Below, piece by piece: positions 47,282 to 55,122 of a stretch of DNA of 62,322 nucleotides. Numbering within the stretch: position 1 is the first letter of the stretch; each line of letters opens with the position of its first letter. The stretch lies in assembly GCA_902785485.1 (NCBI GenBank), contig CACZZA010000004.1, positions 1-62,322 of the forward strand. Reading direction: 5' to 3'. The DNA comes from an uncultured Ruminococcus sp. (lineage in GTDB: Bacteria; Bacillota; Clostridia; Oscillospirales; CAG-272). A program made the translations under genes and the position numbers. The notes below the pieces were generated by a model. The model was not told the origin of the DNA and did not search any database. It was given only the letters and a program-made list of their open reading frames with translations.

Positions 47282-48160
47282 TTATTTCAACACTTCCCGC
47301 TCTTCGGTAAAGCCTCTGCCTCTGACCTCTTTTATCTGCGTTACGGTGATGAACGCGTGCGGATCGGCGCCTTTGATGAGTTCGGTCGCGTCGTAGAGCT
47401 TACGCGGAGGGATGACGCAGATGATGCCCTTTTGATTTTCTCCGAGCTTTCCGGTCTCTATCATCGCCATCGTGACTCCGGCTTCAAGCGTGTTGAGCAG
47501 AAGCTCTCGGAGTTTTTCGTATTCCTTGGAGATTATGAACAGCTGTATCTGACTCTTGCCGACGAGCATAACGCGGTCGAGCAGGAGCGTTTCGAGGACG
47601 ACGACGATTATCGCGTAGAGGGTCGATTCGGCGGGAGCGAATATCGCCTGTCCGCCGACGACGATTATATCGCAGAGCCACACAAATATGGACACGGGCA
47701 GATGGAACACCTTTGCGAGAACGAGGTTGATTATATCCGAGCCGCCCGTAGACGAGCCTACTCTCATCACGAGTCCGAGCGAGATGCCGAGCAGACACCC
47801 GGCGAAGATCGACGCGGTGAGCGGGTCGGAGGTCATATTTCCGATCCCCGGGATGCGCTGGAACAGTTCGAGAAACAGAGGATATATGACCGACGACACG
47901 ATTGTCGTCATAACGAACGCTTTGCCGAGGACGATCAGTCCGAGTATGAGCATAAGGATATTCAGTATAAGGACGAACATGGGCACGTCGATCTGCGGTA
48001 TCAGCTTGCTCATGACTATACCGATACCGGTCGTACCGCCCATTATTATATCGTGCGGTATGACGAACGCCGCAACGAGAAACGCGAGCAGGGCGTTTCC
48101 GGCGACGATCGAAGCCGTCGTCAGAGCGGCGTTTTTCGCTTTCTTTTTTGTGATGGACAA
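47282..48160 (-). CDS. YitT-family membrane protein (DUF2179 C-terminal domain)
   Basis: Polytopic N-terminal part with GGTTGIG motifs. The soluble C-terminal segment is typical of YitT/DUF2179. Confidence 0.8.
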   Translation of the reverse strand: MSITKKKAKNAALTTASIVAGNALLAFLVAAFVIPHDIIMGGTTGIGIVMSKLIPQIDVPMFVLILNILMLILGLIVLGKAFVMTTIVSSVIYPLFLELFQRIPGIGNMTSDPLTASIFAGCLLGISLGLVMRVGSSTGGSDIINLVLAKVFHLPVSIFVWLCDIIVVGGQAIFAPAESTLYAIIVVVLETLLLDRVMLVGKSQIQLFIISKEYEKLRELLLNTLEAGVTMAMIETGKLGENQKGIICVIPPRKLYDATELIKGADPHAFITVTQIKEVRGRGFTEEREVLK

Positions 48161-48355
48161 GATGACACACCCCCCGATTTATCACTGTCTTATAAAGTCT
48201 ATATTAAAGTATATCCGCGAAAAAGTAAAAAGTCAACACCGCCCGACAAAAAAGGCGCGTAAATTTCCGGACTGACTTTCACCCAAAATCCTACTGTGGA
48301 ATTTACTTTGGGAATTTACTTAAAAAACGCCTCTCCTGTTTTTTGAAAAAAACTC

Positions 48356-48384
48356 TTGACAAATCACGATAGCTGTGATACAAT
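48356..48384 (+). promoter_or_regulatory. promoter of the tRNA pair
   Basis: TTGACA, 17 nt spacer, TACAAT, 15 nt before tRNA position 1. Confidence 0.7.
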
Positions 48385-48399
48385 TCAAAAGTGCCTTAT

Positions 48400-48476
48400 G
48401 GCGGAATAGCTCAGCTGGCTAGAGCATTCGGTTCATACCCGACAGGTCGTTGGTTCAAATCCGACTTCCGCTACCA
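48400..48476 (+). tRNA. tRNA with CAU anticodon (elongator Met, or Ile2 if lysidine-modified)
   Basis: The cloverleaf folds by hand: acceptor GGCGGAA/TTCCGCT, D arm GCTC..GAGC, anticodon loop TTCATAC, T arm GTTGG-TTCAAAT-CCGAC, encoded CCA. Confidence 0.9.
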
Positions 48477-48478
48477 AA

Positions 48479-48553
48479 GGCCCGGTGGTCAAGCGGTTAA
48501 GACACCGCCCTTTCACGGCAGTAACAGGGGTTCGATTCCCCTCCGGGTCACCA
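48479..48553 (+). tRNA. tRNA-Glu (UUC)
   Basis: GGCCCGGTGGTCAAGCGGTTAAGACACCGCCCTTTCACGGC... is nearly identical to canonical Firmicute tRNA-Glu. Anticodon loop CTTTCAC. Encoded CCA. Confidence 0.92.
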
Positions 48554-48562
48554 ACAAAAAAG

Positions 48563-48594
48563 CGCCTTTTGTCTACCGACAAAAGGTGTTTTTT
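48563..48594 (+). terminator. intrinsic terminator after the tRNA pair
   Basis: CCTTTTGTC-TACC-GACAAAAGG stem followed by TGTTTTTT. Confidence 0.8.
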
Positions 48595-48606
48595 GTTGAA
48601 CGACGT

Positions 48607-48778
48607 GTTCCGCTTGCGCGGAACGTGATGTTTCCTTCGGAAGTGATGTACGCTGACGCGAGTGATGTGTGCCTGCGGCACGTGAGCGGAACGCATCACA
48701 TCACTTTGCGGCATAGCCGCAATACATCACTGTTTGCGGAGCAAACTGCATCACTTGCGCCGACGGCGCATACATCAC
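48607..48778. repeat. array of GTGATGT / ACATCAC heptamers alternating with short GC hairpins
   Basis: GTGATGT at 48625, 48643 and 48662, plus GTGAGC at 48682. The complementary (A/G)CATCAC is at 48698, 48724, 48748 and 48772. Each gap holds a different self-complementary hairpin, for example GTTCCGC-TTGC-GCGGAAC, GTGCC-TGC-GGCAC, TTGCGGC-ATA-GCCGCAA, GTTTGC-GGA-GCAAAC and TGCGCC-GAC-GGCGCA. Confidence 0.8.
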
Positions 48779-48947
48779 TTTACGATCCCGATCTCATTTG
48801 GTATTATAAACAAGAAGGGGACGGTACCATGTCTGTATAGAACTGAGTATATCGACGAAATTGCCTATAAATCGTTAAGTGATCAATGCACGACGATCCG
48901 TGTAATGCTTATTGCTTCTTGCCGGACGGCGAAAGGAGCCGACACAA

Positions 48948-49064
48948 ATGAAGAATGACGTCATCAACCATTACGACGCGTTGATCGATGAAGGAAATGA
49001 TCCGTTTCGCGATCCGAAACCTTTAAAAGAATACATGGATCGTTGGGACGGAAAACAGTTGTAA
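48948..49064 (+). pseudogene. 38-codon remnant of a class I SAM-dependent methyltransferase N-terminus
   Basis: MKNDVINHYDALIDEGNDPFRDPKPLKEYMDRWDGKQL-stop resembles the N-terminal leader of about 250-aa methyltransferases. The SAM-binding body is absent. GAAAGGAG RBS is retained. Confidence 0.55.
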
Positions 49065-49078
49065 ACCGGACCGCTTCG

Positions 49079-49107
49079 TTGAATTGTTCACAATTATATG
49101 GTACAAT
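49079..49107 (+). promoter_or_regulatory. promoter upstream of the zinc-ribbon membrane protein gene
   Basis: TTGAAT, 17 nt spacer, TACAAT. Confidence 0.55.
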
Positions 49108-49208
49108 ATCCTAAAACAGTCGGCTGAAAGAGCCGATGAGGCGCGTTCGCGCCGTTGAAAAAAACTGCGTTTTCAGTTTATTTCACTGATTTTTCGGGAG
49201 GGACCGTT

Positions 49209-49982
49209 ATGATCTGCAGATCCTGCGGTATGGAATACGACGACTCTCTGTCGGTTTGTCCGACGTGCGGAGAAAAGGCGGGAGACGCCGAAAATACGCG
49301 CAAAGACAGACTGACTTGGGACGGAGCGGCGCGCGAGAGCGCTTCCGACGCGTTTTCCGAACAGAACGACGCGCGCTCTTTTGACTCGGAGGAAAATAAT
49401 TCCGGCTACCGCGAGGCTCCGCCGTACACAGAGGGACAGAGATACGTTTTCGGTCGACCGGCGTTCACGTCTGTCCTGCCTATGAAATGGCATATTTTTC
49501 TCGTTTATTTCGGTATCTGGGCGGTCTCGTTCGGCTCTTTTTCCGACGGACTTCTCAGCCTTGCCGGCTCGCTCGGCAATTTCACCTCCGACGTGTTCAG
49601 CGCGGCGTCGGCTCAACAGTTTCTGAACAACGGAGAACTCCTTTCTGCGGACGCATTCTACGCGCTCTATCCCGTGATGAAGACGTTTGACGCGGTCTAC
49701 GGGGCGCTTCTCATAGCGCTCGGTATATTCGGAACCGTTACGGGGTTCGCCCTGCTGAAAATGAAAAAGACTGCTCCCAAAATTTTCGTCGCCTTCTGCG
49801 GATGCTATTTCGGGATAAAAATGCTTTACACAGTCGTCGTAACGTACGTCATCCGTGACTCCGGCTCGCGTTTCGGCGCGGACACCGTCCTGTCTCTGGC
49901 TTTTTCCGCCCTTGCTTCGGCGGCTCTGGTCTACGCTAACTACGTTTATTACAAAAAGAGGAAGCATCTGTTCGTCAACTGA
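49209..49982 (+). CDS. zinc-ribbon domain membrane protein (hypothetical)
   Basis: MICRSCGMEYDDSLSVCPTCG (CxxC...CxxC), followed by a disordered linker and four hydrophobic helices. GGGAGGG RBS. Confidence 0.6.
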   Translation: MICRSCGMEYDDSLSVCPTCGEKAGDAENTRKDRLTWDGAARESASDAFSEQNDARSFDSEENNSGYREAPPYTEGQRYVFGRPAFTSVLPMKWHIFLVYFGIWAVSFGSFSDGLLSLAGSLGNFTSDVFSAASAQQFLNNGELLSADAFYALYPVMKTFDAVYGALLIALGIFGTVTGFALLKMKKTAPKIFVAFCGCYFGIKMLYTVVVTYVIRDSGSRFGADTVLSLAFSALASAALVYANYVYYKKRKHLFVN

Positions 49983-49986
49983 GCAT

Positions 49987-50040
49987 AAAAAACCGATCCG
50001 GGATAAAAGGGCTTTCGACTCCTTTATCCCGGATTTTTTT
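49987..50040. terminator. bidirectional terminator between convergent genes
   Basis: ATCCGGGATAAAAGG...CCTTTATCCCGGAT stem flanked by an A-run and a T-run. Confidence 0.8.
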
Positions 50041-50048
50041 GAGAATCT

Positions 50049-51110
50049 TTACAACAACGCGCATTCCGGTTGGAGTGTGCGGGAGGAAAAACCGTTATCT
50101 TCGGTCTTTCCGGGGAACGCGACTGAGTAGAGCGTCGTTCCGAAGCTGATGCTTTTCAGTTTGTCATATATGGGAAAAGCAAAATGGTTCGTCGGGAGTC
50201 CCGCCACGAGCATCCCGTATTTTTTCCCTGCCTCGCGTATCATATTTGCCAGAAAGACGCGGTAGATCTCCTCCGAATCGTCACGGCTGAGCATAAACGA
50301 CAGCATGGGGAACGAAAGCGGGACGTTTTCCTTCGGGAGCTTCACGTATCCGAGCGCTGACAGAAGGGGGTTGAAAACCCTTACCGCCTTCATCGGAGCG
50401 CTGTATCTTTTGACGACGTACTGTTTGTATCCGCTCTGATCCCAGAGCGCACCGGCCGCGGCTATACCGCTTTCGTCGGTGAGGAGCCTGAAATCGTCGA
50501 TTTTTAGCCCGGTGAACCCGTCGAGAGAGTCGATCGCGGGGAACAGATCCTTTTTTCTTCCCTCGGAATTCAGAAAATTCAGGAGCGCCGGCAGGTCTTC
50601 TTCTGTCGCGCCGCGGAATACAAGGCCGGACACAGGAGCCTTTAGCCTGACCTTGGGCGAGATTATGAAAGTCCTGTATTCCGCAAACGGCTTCATCGTC
50701 AGGACGCGGTCGATCCTGTCGAATATCCTTCTCGCCTGCGCGTTTTCCGACACGACCGAGCAGTAATAGAGATCGGCTCCCTCCTGCTTCAGCTCTCTGA
50801 TAAATCCGAGTCCGAGCCCGGAAAGTCCGGAATGCGACGCGTCTTTTTTGAGTCCGCAGATGTAGCAGGTCTTTCGCCGTTCTCCGCCGATATACGCGTC
50901 CCTTATCAGCTCAGCGCAGGTGCCGACGACCCTGCCGTCCGCCCTTGATACGAATACCTTCGCTTCCCCCGGCTCTTTCATATAGGATGCGTAAGCGTCG
51001 GGGCGCCGCGTATACAGGAGCTCGATCTTTCCCTTTGCCGCGGAGCTTTCCAATACTTCAAGGATCGCTTTGCCGTCGTCGGGCGAGGCGACGAATGAAA
51101 GCTCGCTCAT
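50049..51110 (-). CDS. tandem GNAT-fold-like acyl/acetyltransferase (hypothetical, 353 aa)
   Basis: The two halves each have GNAT-like beta-alpha patterning (...CYICGLKKDASHSGLSGLGLGFIRELKQ...). ATGA overlap with the upstream radical SAM gene. Family assignment is tentative. Confidence 0.45.
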   Translation of the reverse strand: MSELSFVASPDDGKAILEVLESSAAKGKIELLYTRRPDAYASYMKEPGEAKVFVSRADGRVVGTCAELIRDAYIGGERRKTCYICGLKKDASHSGLSGLGLGFIRELKQEGADLYYCSVVSENAQARRIFDRIDRVLTMKPFAEYRTFIISPKVRLKAPVSGLVFRGATEEDLPALLNFLNSEGRKKDLFPAIDSLDGFTGLKIDDFRLLTDESGIAAAGALWDQSGYKQYVVKRYSAPMKAVRVFNPLLSALGYVKLPKENVPLSFPMLSFMLSRDDSEEIYRVFLANMIREAGKKYGMLVAGLPTNHFAFPIYDKLKSISFGTTLYSVAFPGKTEDNGFSSRTLQPECALL

Positions 51111-52447
51111 TTCTTGATCTCCTCCAGATTTTCGCCGACGGGGATGCCCGAGCGCCGGTCGACCTCGAAGTGAAAGACGACGTTGACGAACCAGTAGGCA
51201 AAATTGATCAGCGGTCTGTGCGTGCGGCGGAGCAGGGTAAAGCCTCGCCGAAAGATCGAACCGAAGCTGAAATAGTATTTCCGGTACTTTTTGCAGTAGG
51301 CTCTGAGCTCTTCCGGAGTCATTTTTTTAGGCTCGAAGGTGATCTTTCCGAAGGTGTAGCCGTCTTCAAGCCACCATTTTTCGGATATCAGGCGATCCTG
51401 CGCCTTGAATGACGCGTAGGTCTCGGTCCCGGGGAAAATCAGCAGATGATTGAACGCCACGACGAAGAATTTATGCTTTTTGCAGAAATCGAGAGTCGTT
51501 TTGAAGGTCTCCTCGCTGTCGGAGTCAAAGCCGAACACGAAGCTCGCGTAGATGCTGATACCCGCTTTGTGGATCTTTTCTATGAGCTCGTCGCGCTCGC
51601 CGAGCCTTTCCGTCCAGCTCTTGTTCATCTGACGCAGATTGTCGCTTTCGACCGACTCGAAGCCGATCAGCACCATCTCACATCCGCTTTCCTTCATAAG
51701 CTTCAGCATTCTTTCGTCCTTCGCCACGTCGAGGGTGATCTGGGTGGTCCAGATTATGCGCAGTTTTTTCAGCTCGGTGAAAAGCTCTTCCGCGAAACGC
51801 CTGTCGGAAAAAATACTGTCGTCAACGAAGAAAAATATCTTGTGCTCGCAGGTCTTTATCTCGTCGATGATATCCGTGACATCTCTGTGCAGGTAATGCG
51901 AGTGATAGTAGCCCGCGATGGAGCAGAATTCGCAGTTGTGATAGCATCCGCGTCCCGTCTCTACGAGAGATACGGGCAGATATTTTTTCATTTTGCTTTT
52001 GTAGATGCTCCGGTCGGGTCTCTTATAGGCGATGCACGCGCCGCCGTCGTACCTCTTGCGCAGAGTCCCGTTTTCGAGGTCGGAGAGAACGTCTCCCATT
52101 ATCGCGTCCGCGTTGCCCACCATAACGGAGTCGGCGTGTTCTGTTGCCTCGTCGGGACAGAGGGTGACGTGATATCCGCCGAGGATGACCTTTTTACCGC
52201 TGAGCCTAAACCGCTCTGCGATCGCGTAAGCGCGTTTCGCGGTGTATGTTTCGACCGTGATGAACACGGCGTCCGAGTCGGTCCCGTAGTCGATCGGTTC
52301 GATCCTGTCGTCGAAAAATTCACGCTCGATGCTTCCGGGAAGCAGGGAATTAAGCACAGCCACGGTCAACGGCTCCATAAGCCAGGTCTTCAGATATTTC
52401 TGACCGGGCTTTTTCCCGATCGCTGGGAGTATGAACGTGATCTTCAT
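51107..52447 (-). CDS. B12-binding-domain radical SAM protein, paralog C
   Basis: N-terminal B12-binding-like Rossmann region. GRGCYHNCEFC (CxxxCxxC). C-terminal extension similar to DUF4070-type class B radical SAM enzymes. Confidence 0.8.
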   Translation of the reverse strand: MKITFILPAIGKKPGQKYLKTWLMEPLTVAVLNSLLPGSIEREFFDDRIEPIDYGTDSDAVFITVETYTAKRAYAIAERFRLSGKKVILGGYHVTLCPDEATEHADSVMVGNADAIMGDVLSDLENGTLRKRYDGGACIAYKRPDRSIYKSKMKKYLPVSLVETGRGCYHNCEFCSIAGYYHSHYLHRDVTDIIDEIKTCEHKIFFFVDDSIFSDRRFAEELFTELKKLRIIWTTQITLDVAKDERMLKLMKESGCEMVLIGFESVESDNLRQMNKSWTERLGERDELIEKIHKAGISIYASFVFGFDSDSEETFKTTLDFCKKHKFFVVAFNHLLIFPGTETYASFKAQDRLISEKWWLEDGYTFGKITFEPKKMTPEELRAYCKKYRKYYFSFGSIFRRGFTLLRRTHRPLINFAYWFVNVVFHFEVDRRSGIPVGENLEEIKK

Positions 52448-53766
52448 CGCTTTTTCGTACGCTCCTTTCGAAGTGTCTTTTCCGTCTTTTTGTTGTAGAT
52501 CCTGAAGCCTATGTTCACGGCGAGCTTGAGAATACCTCCGCGCCTGTTGCCGACAGTCCTTTTGAAAATGCGTTTAAGCGTGTAGCACTCGTTCGAAACT
52601 TGCGCGAGCAGGTCTTCAAGCTCCGTCCTGCCCATGTTTTTCGGCTCGAAAACTGCGTGAATACTGTCGTAGTCGTTCCAGTCCGTCGAGAATATGCGAC
52701 CTTCGGACTTCAGTTTTTCGAACACCGGGGTATTGGGATACGGCGTCAGTATCGCGAACCGCGGTATATCGACGCCGATCTCCTCTATCAGGTCCGGCAT
52801 CCCGAGGATGCTCTCCCTCGTATCTCCGTCAAAGCCGAGCATAAAGGTGCCGAGGACCGAGACCCCGTTCCCGTGGAATTTTTCCACGGCTTTTTTATAT
52901 TCTTCGACTTTGTTCTTTTTACTGCTTTCCCGCAGGCTTTCCTCGCTGAAGGTCTCGAATCCCATAAGGATCCCGATGCATCCGCTTTCTATCATCAGAC
53001 CGAACAGTTCTGCGTCCTCGCAGACGTCCGTCGTGCAGAGTCCCGCCCATTTTATCCCGAGCGGGATCAGGGCTTTATAGAATTCCGCGGCGTAGGCGCG
53101 GTTCGAGGTGGGCGAGGGATCGAGGAAGAGGATATGCTTCCTTTTCAGCGACTTTATCTCGTTTATAACGTCTTCGATCCTCCGCGCGGTGTGCCTTCCT
53201 CCGCCCCAGAAGGAGTTGATGACGCAGAACGAGCAGTTGTTCGTACATCCGAAGTTTGCGATCACGGTGGGAAAAGGGAGGTATTTGCGCTTTTGCATTA
53301 TCTCCCGCTTCGGTATGACGGGAAAACAGCCGATATCGCAGGGCTTCCCGTCGTATCGCGCCTTCGGCTCGCCTTTTGCGTAGTCGTCGATGAACTGTCG
53401 CCAGACGCGGTCGGCGGGACCCGTCAGCACGGTGTCCGCGTGCAGGGCGGCCTCGTCGGGCAAAAGTGTGACGTGGTGCCCTCCCATCACGGTATAGCTG
53501 CCTCTTTTGCGGAAAAAGTCGACGATCTCGTATCCGCGTTTGACGGATGAGGTGACCGAGGTCACGGCGACGACGTCGTAATGCTCAAAAGACTCATAGT
53601 CGGCTTCCGTAACGCCCTCGTCGACCGCTTTGAACTCCGCGCCGTATCTTTCGGGAGTCAAAGCGGCAAGATAGGGCATCGTGAGCGGCATATAACTCAG
53701 AGATCTCGTGAACGCGCTTCTGCACCGGTAATTGTTATCGTACGGAGTCACGAACAGTATCTTCAT
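52444..53766 (-). CDS. B12-binding-domain radical SAM protein, paralog B
   Basis: FGCTNNCSFC cluster motif. Same architecture as paralogs A and C. GGAGG RBS lies inside the 3' end of the upstream gene. Confidence 0.8.
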   Translation of the reverse strand: MKILFVTPYDNNYRCRSAFTRSLSYMPLTMPYLAALTPERYGAEFKAVDEGVTEADYESFEHYDVVAVTSVTSSVKRGYEIVDFFRKRGSYTVMGGHHVTLLPDEAALHADTVLTGPADRVWRQFIDDYAKGEPKARYDGKPCDIGCFPVIPKREIMQKRKYLPFPTVIANFGCTNNCSFCVINSFWGGGRHTARRIEDVINEIKSLKRKHILFLDPSPTSNRAYAAEFYKALIPLGIKWAGLCTTDVCEDAELFGLMIESGCIGILMGFETFSEESLRESSKKNKVEEYKKAVEKFHGNGVSVLGTFMLGFDGDTRESILGMPDLIEEIGVDIPRFAILTPYPNTPVFEKLKSEGRIFSTDWNDYDSIHAVFEPKNMGRTELEDLLAQVSNECYTLKRIFKRTVGNRRGGILKLAVNIGFRIYNKKTEKTLRKERTKKR

Positions 53767-55105
53767 TTTTGACCTCCGGGATGTCGGAGTTGTCGGACAT
53801 CACGTCGCTTCCGTATATTTCAAACGATCTCGCGTATTTTCTGTAGCCCGCGTTTACAAGCGCGTACACGCTTTTCAGCGTCCTGACCCTTTTAAGGTCG
53901 AGCCTCTTGAAGATGTTCTTTACCGTGTACGCTTCCTTCCACGCCCACGCGGTACCCTTTTCAAGCTCCTCCTTCGTCATCTGCTTCGGCTTGAACACGC
54001 AGTGCTCCACGTCGTACATCGCGAAATCTCTTTCGATTATTCGCCCTTCGCTCTCGAGCTCCCGGTAGAAGTCGGTGTTCGGGAAGGGAGTTATGATCGA
54101 AAAGCGCGGGAGGTCGATCTTCGCTTTTACGCATAGCTCGACGGTACGCCGGAAAACGTCCGGTCCGTCCCCGTCCGCGCCGAAGGCGAAGCATCCCATC
54201 ACCATTATCCCCTGCCTGTGGAGCTTGTCCATCAGAGCGACGTATGTGTCGACGCGGTTCACTCCTTTACGGATATCCTTTTGAGTTTCCTGATTCACCG
54301 ACTCGAAGCCTATCAGCAGACCCTTGCACCCGCTTTTTCTGAACAGCTCAAGCAGCTCGTCGCTTTTGCCGATCGCGGTGGTGGTAAGTCCGAACCACCA
54401 TTTTTTCAGCGGGATCATGGCGGTGAACAGTTCTTTCGCGTAATTCACGTCCGCGATGAGGTTCACGTCGGGGAAAATGACCTCCTTGCCCTTGAAGCTC
54501 TTTATCTCGGCAATAACGTCGCCGACGGGTCGCGTGATGACGCGCTTTCCGAACGCGGCGGGATAGGCGCAGAACGTGCAGGAATGGTTGCACCCGCGCA
54601 CTGCCTCGACGGTATTGAGCGTTATGTATTTCTTTTTGTTCAGCAGATCCTTCCTGGGCAGGGGTCTGTTGGCTATGTCGGCGCAACCGCCGCCGTCGTA
54701 CCTCTTTTTGAGACACCCGTCTCTTACGTCGAGAAGCGCCTGCGGAAAGCTCTTCTCTCCGAGCCCGGTCAGAACGGCGTCAGCGTGGGCGGCGGCTTCC
54801 TCCGGCATAAGCGAGGGATGTACCCCTCCGAGGAGTACGGTCTTTCCCTTTGAACGGAAGTAGTCCGCATAGCGGTAGCATCTCGACGAAGTTCCCGTGA
54901 TGCAGGTGATCGCGATGACGTCCGCGTCGCAGTCGAGCGGGATCGCCTCCGCGGTCTCGTCATAGATGACGACCTCGGCGTTCAGCTCCTTCGGAACGAG
55001 AGCGGCGAGCAGGGCGAGGGTTATCGGGGCGTAGTGAAGTCCCTTGTGGAACATACCGTTGTATCTGTGCATCGCGCCCGCCGGTGAGATCAGAGCTATT
55101 TTCAT
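53735..55105 (-). CDS. B12-binding-domain radical SAM protein, paralog A
   Basis: RGCNHSCTFC cluster motif. N-terminal B12-binding-like domain. 456 aa. Confidence 0.8.
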   Translation of the reverse strand: MKIALISPAGAMHRYNGMFHKGLHYAPITLALLAALVPKELNAEVVIYDETAEAIPLDCDADVIAITCITGTSSRCYRYADYFRSKGKTVLLGGVHPSLMPEEAAAHADAVLTGLGEKSFPQALLDVRDGCLKKRYDGGGCADIANRPLPRKDLLNKKKYITLNTVEAVRGCNHSCTFCAYPAAFGKRVITRPVGDVIAEIKSFKGKEVIFPDVNLIADVNYAKELFTAMIPLKKWWFGLTTTAIGKSDELLELFRKSGCKGLLIGFESVNQETQKDIRKGVNRVDTYVALMDKLHRQGIMVMGCFAFGADGDGPDVFRRTVELCVKAKIDLPRFSIITPFPNTDFYRELESEGRIIERDFAMYDVEHCVFKPKQMTKEELEKGTAWAWKEAYTVKNIFKRLDLKRVRTLKSVYALVNAGYRKYARSFEIYGSDVMSDNSDIPEVKNEDTVRDSVR

Positions 55106-55122
55106 CGGTTTTTCCCTTTCAT

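Noticed and set aside
48607-48778. Possible CRISPR array.
   Set aside because: The repeats are only 7 nt long and occur in both orientations. The spacers are 11-19 nt and each is self-complementary. There are no cas genes in the window.
48391-48840. 149-aa ORF spanning the tRNA genes and the heptamer array.
   Set aside because: It reads straight through two canonical tRNA genes and their terminator and has no RBS. The downstream part is explained by the repeat array.
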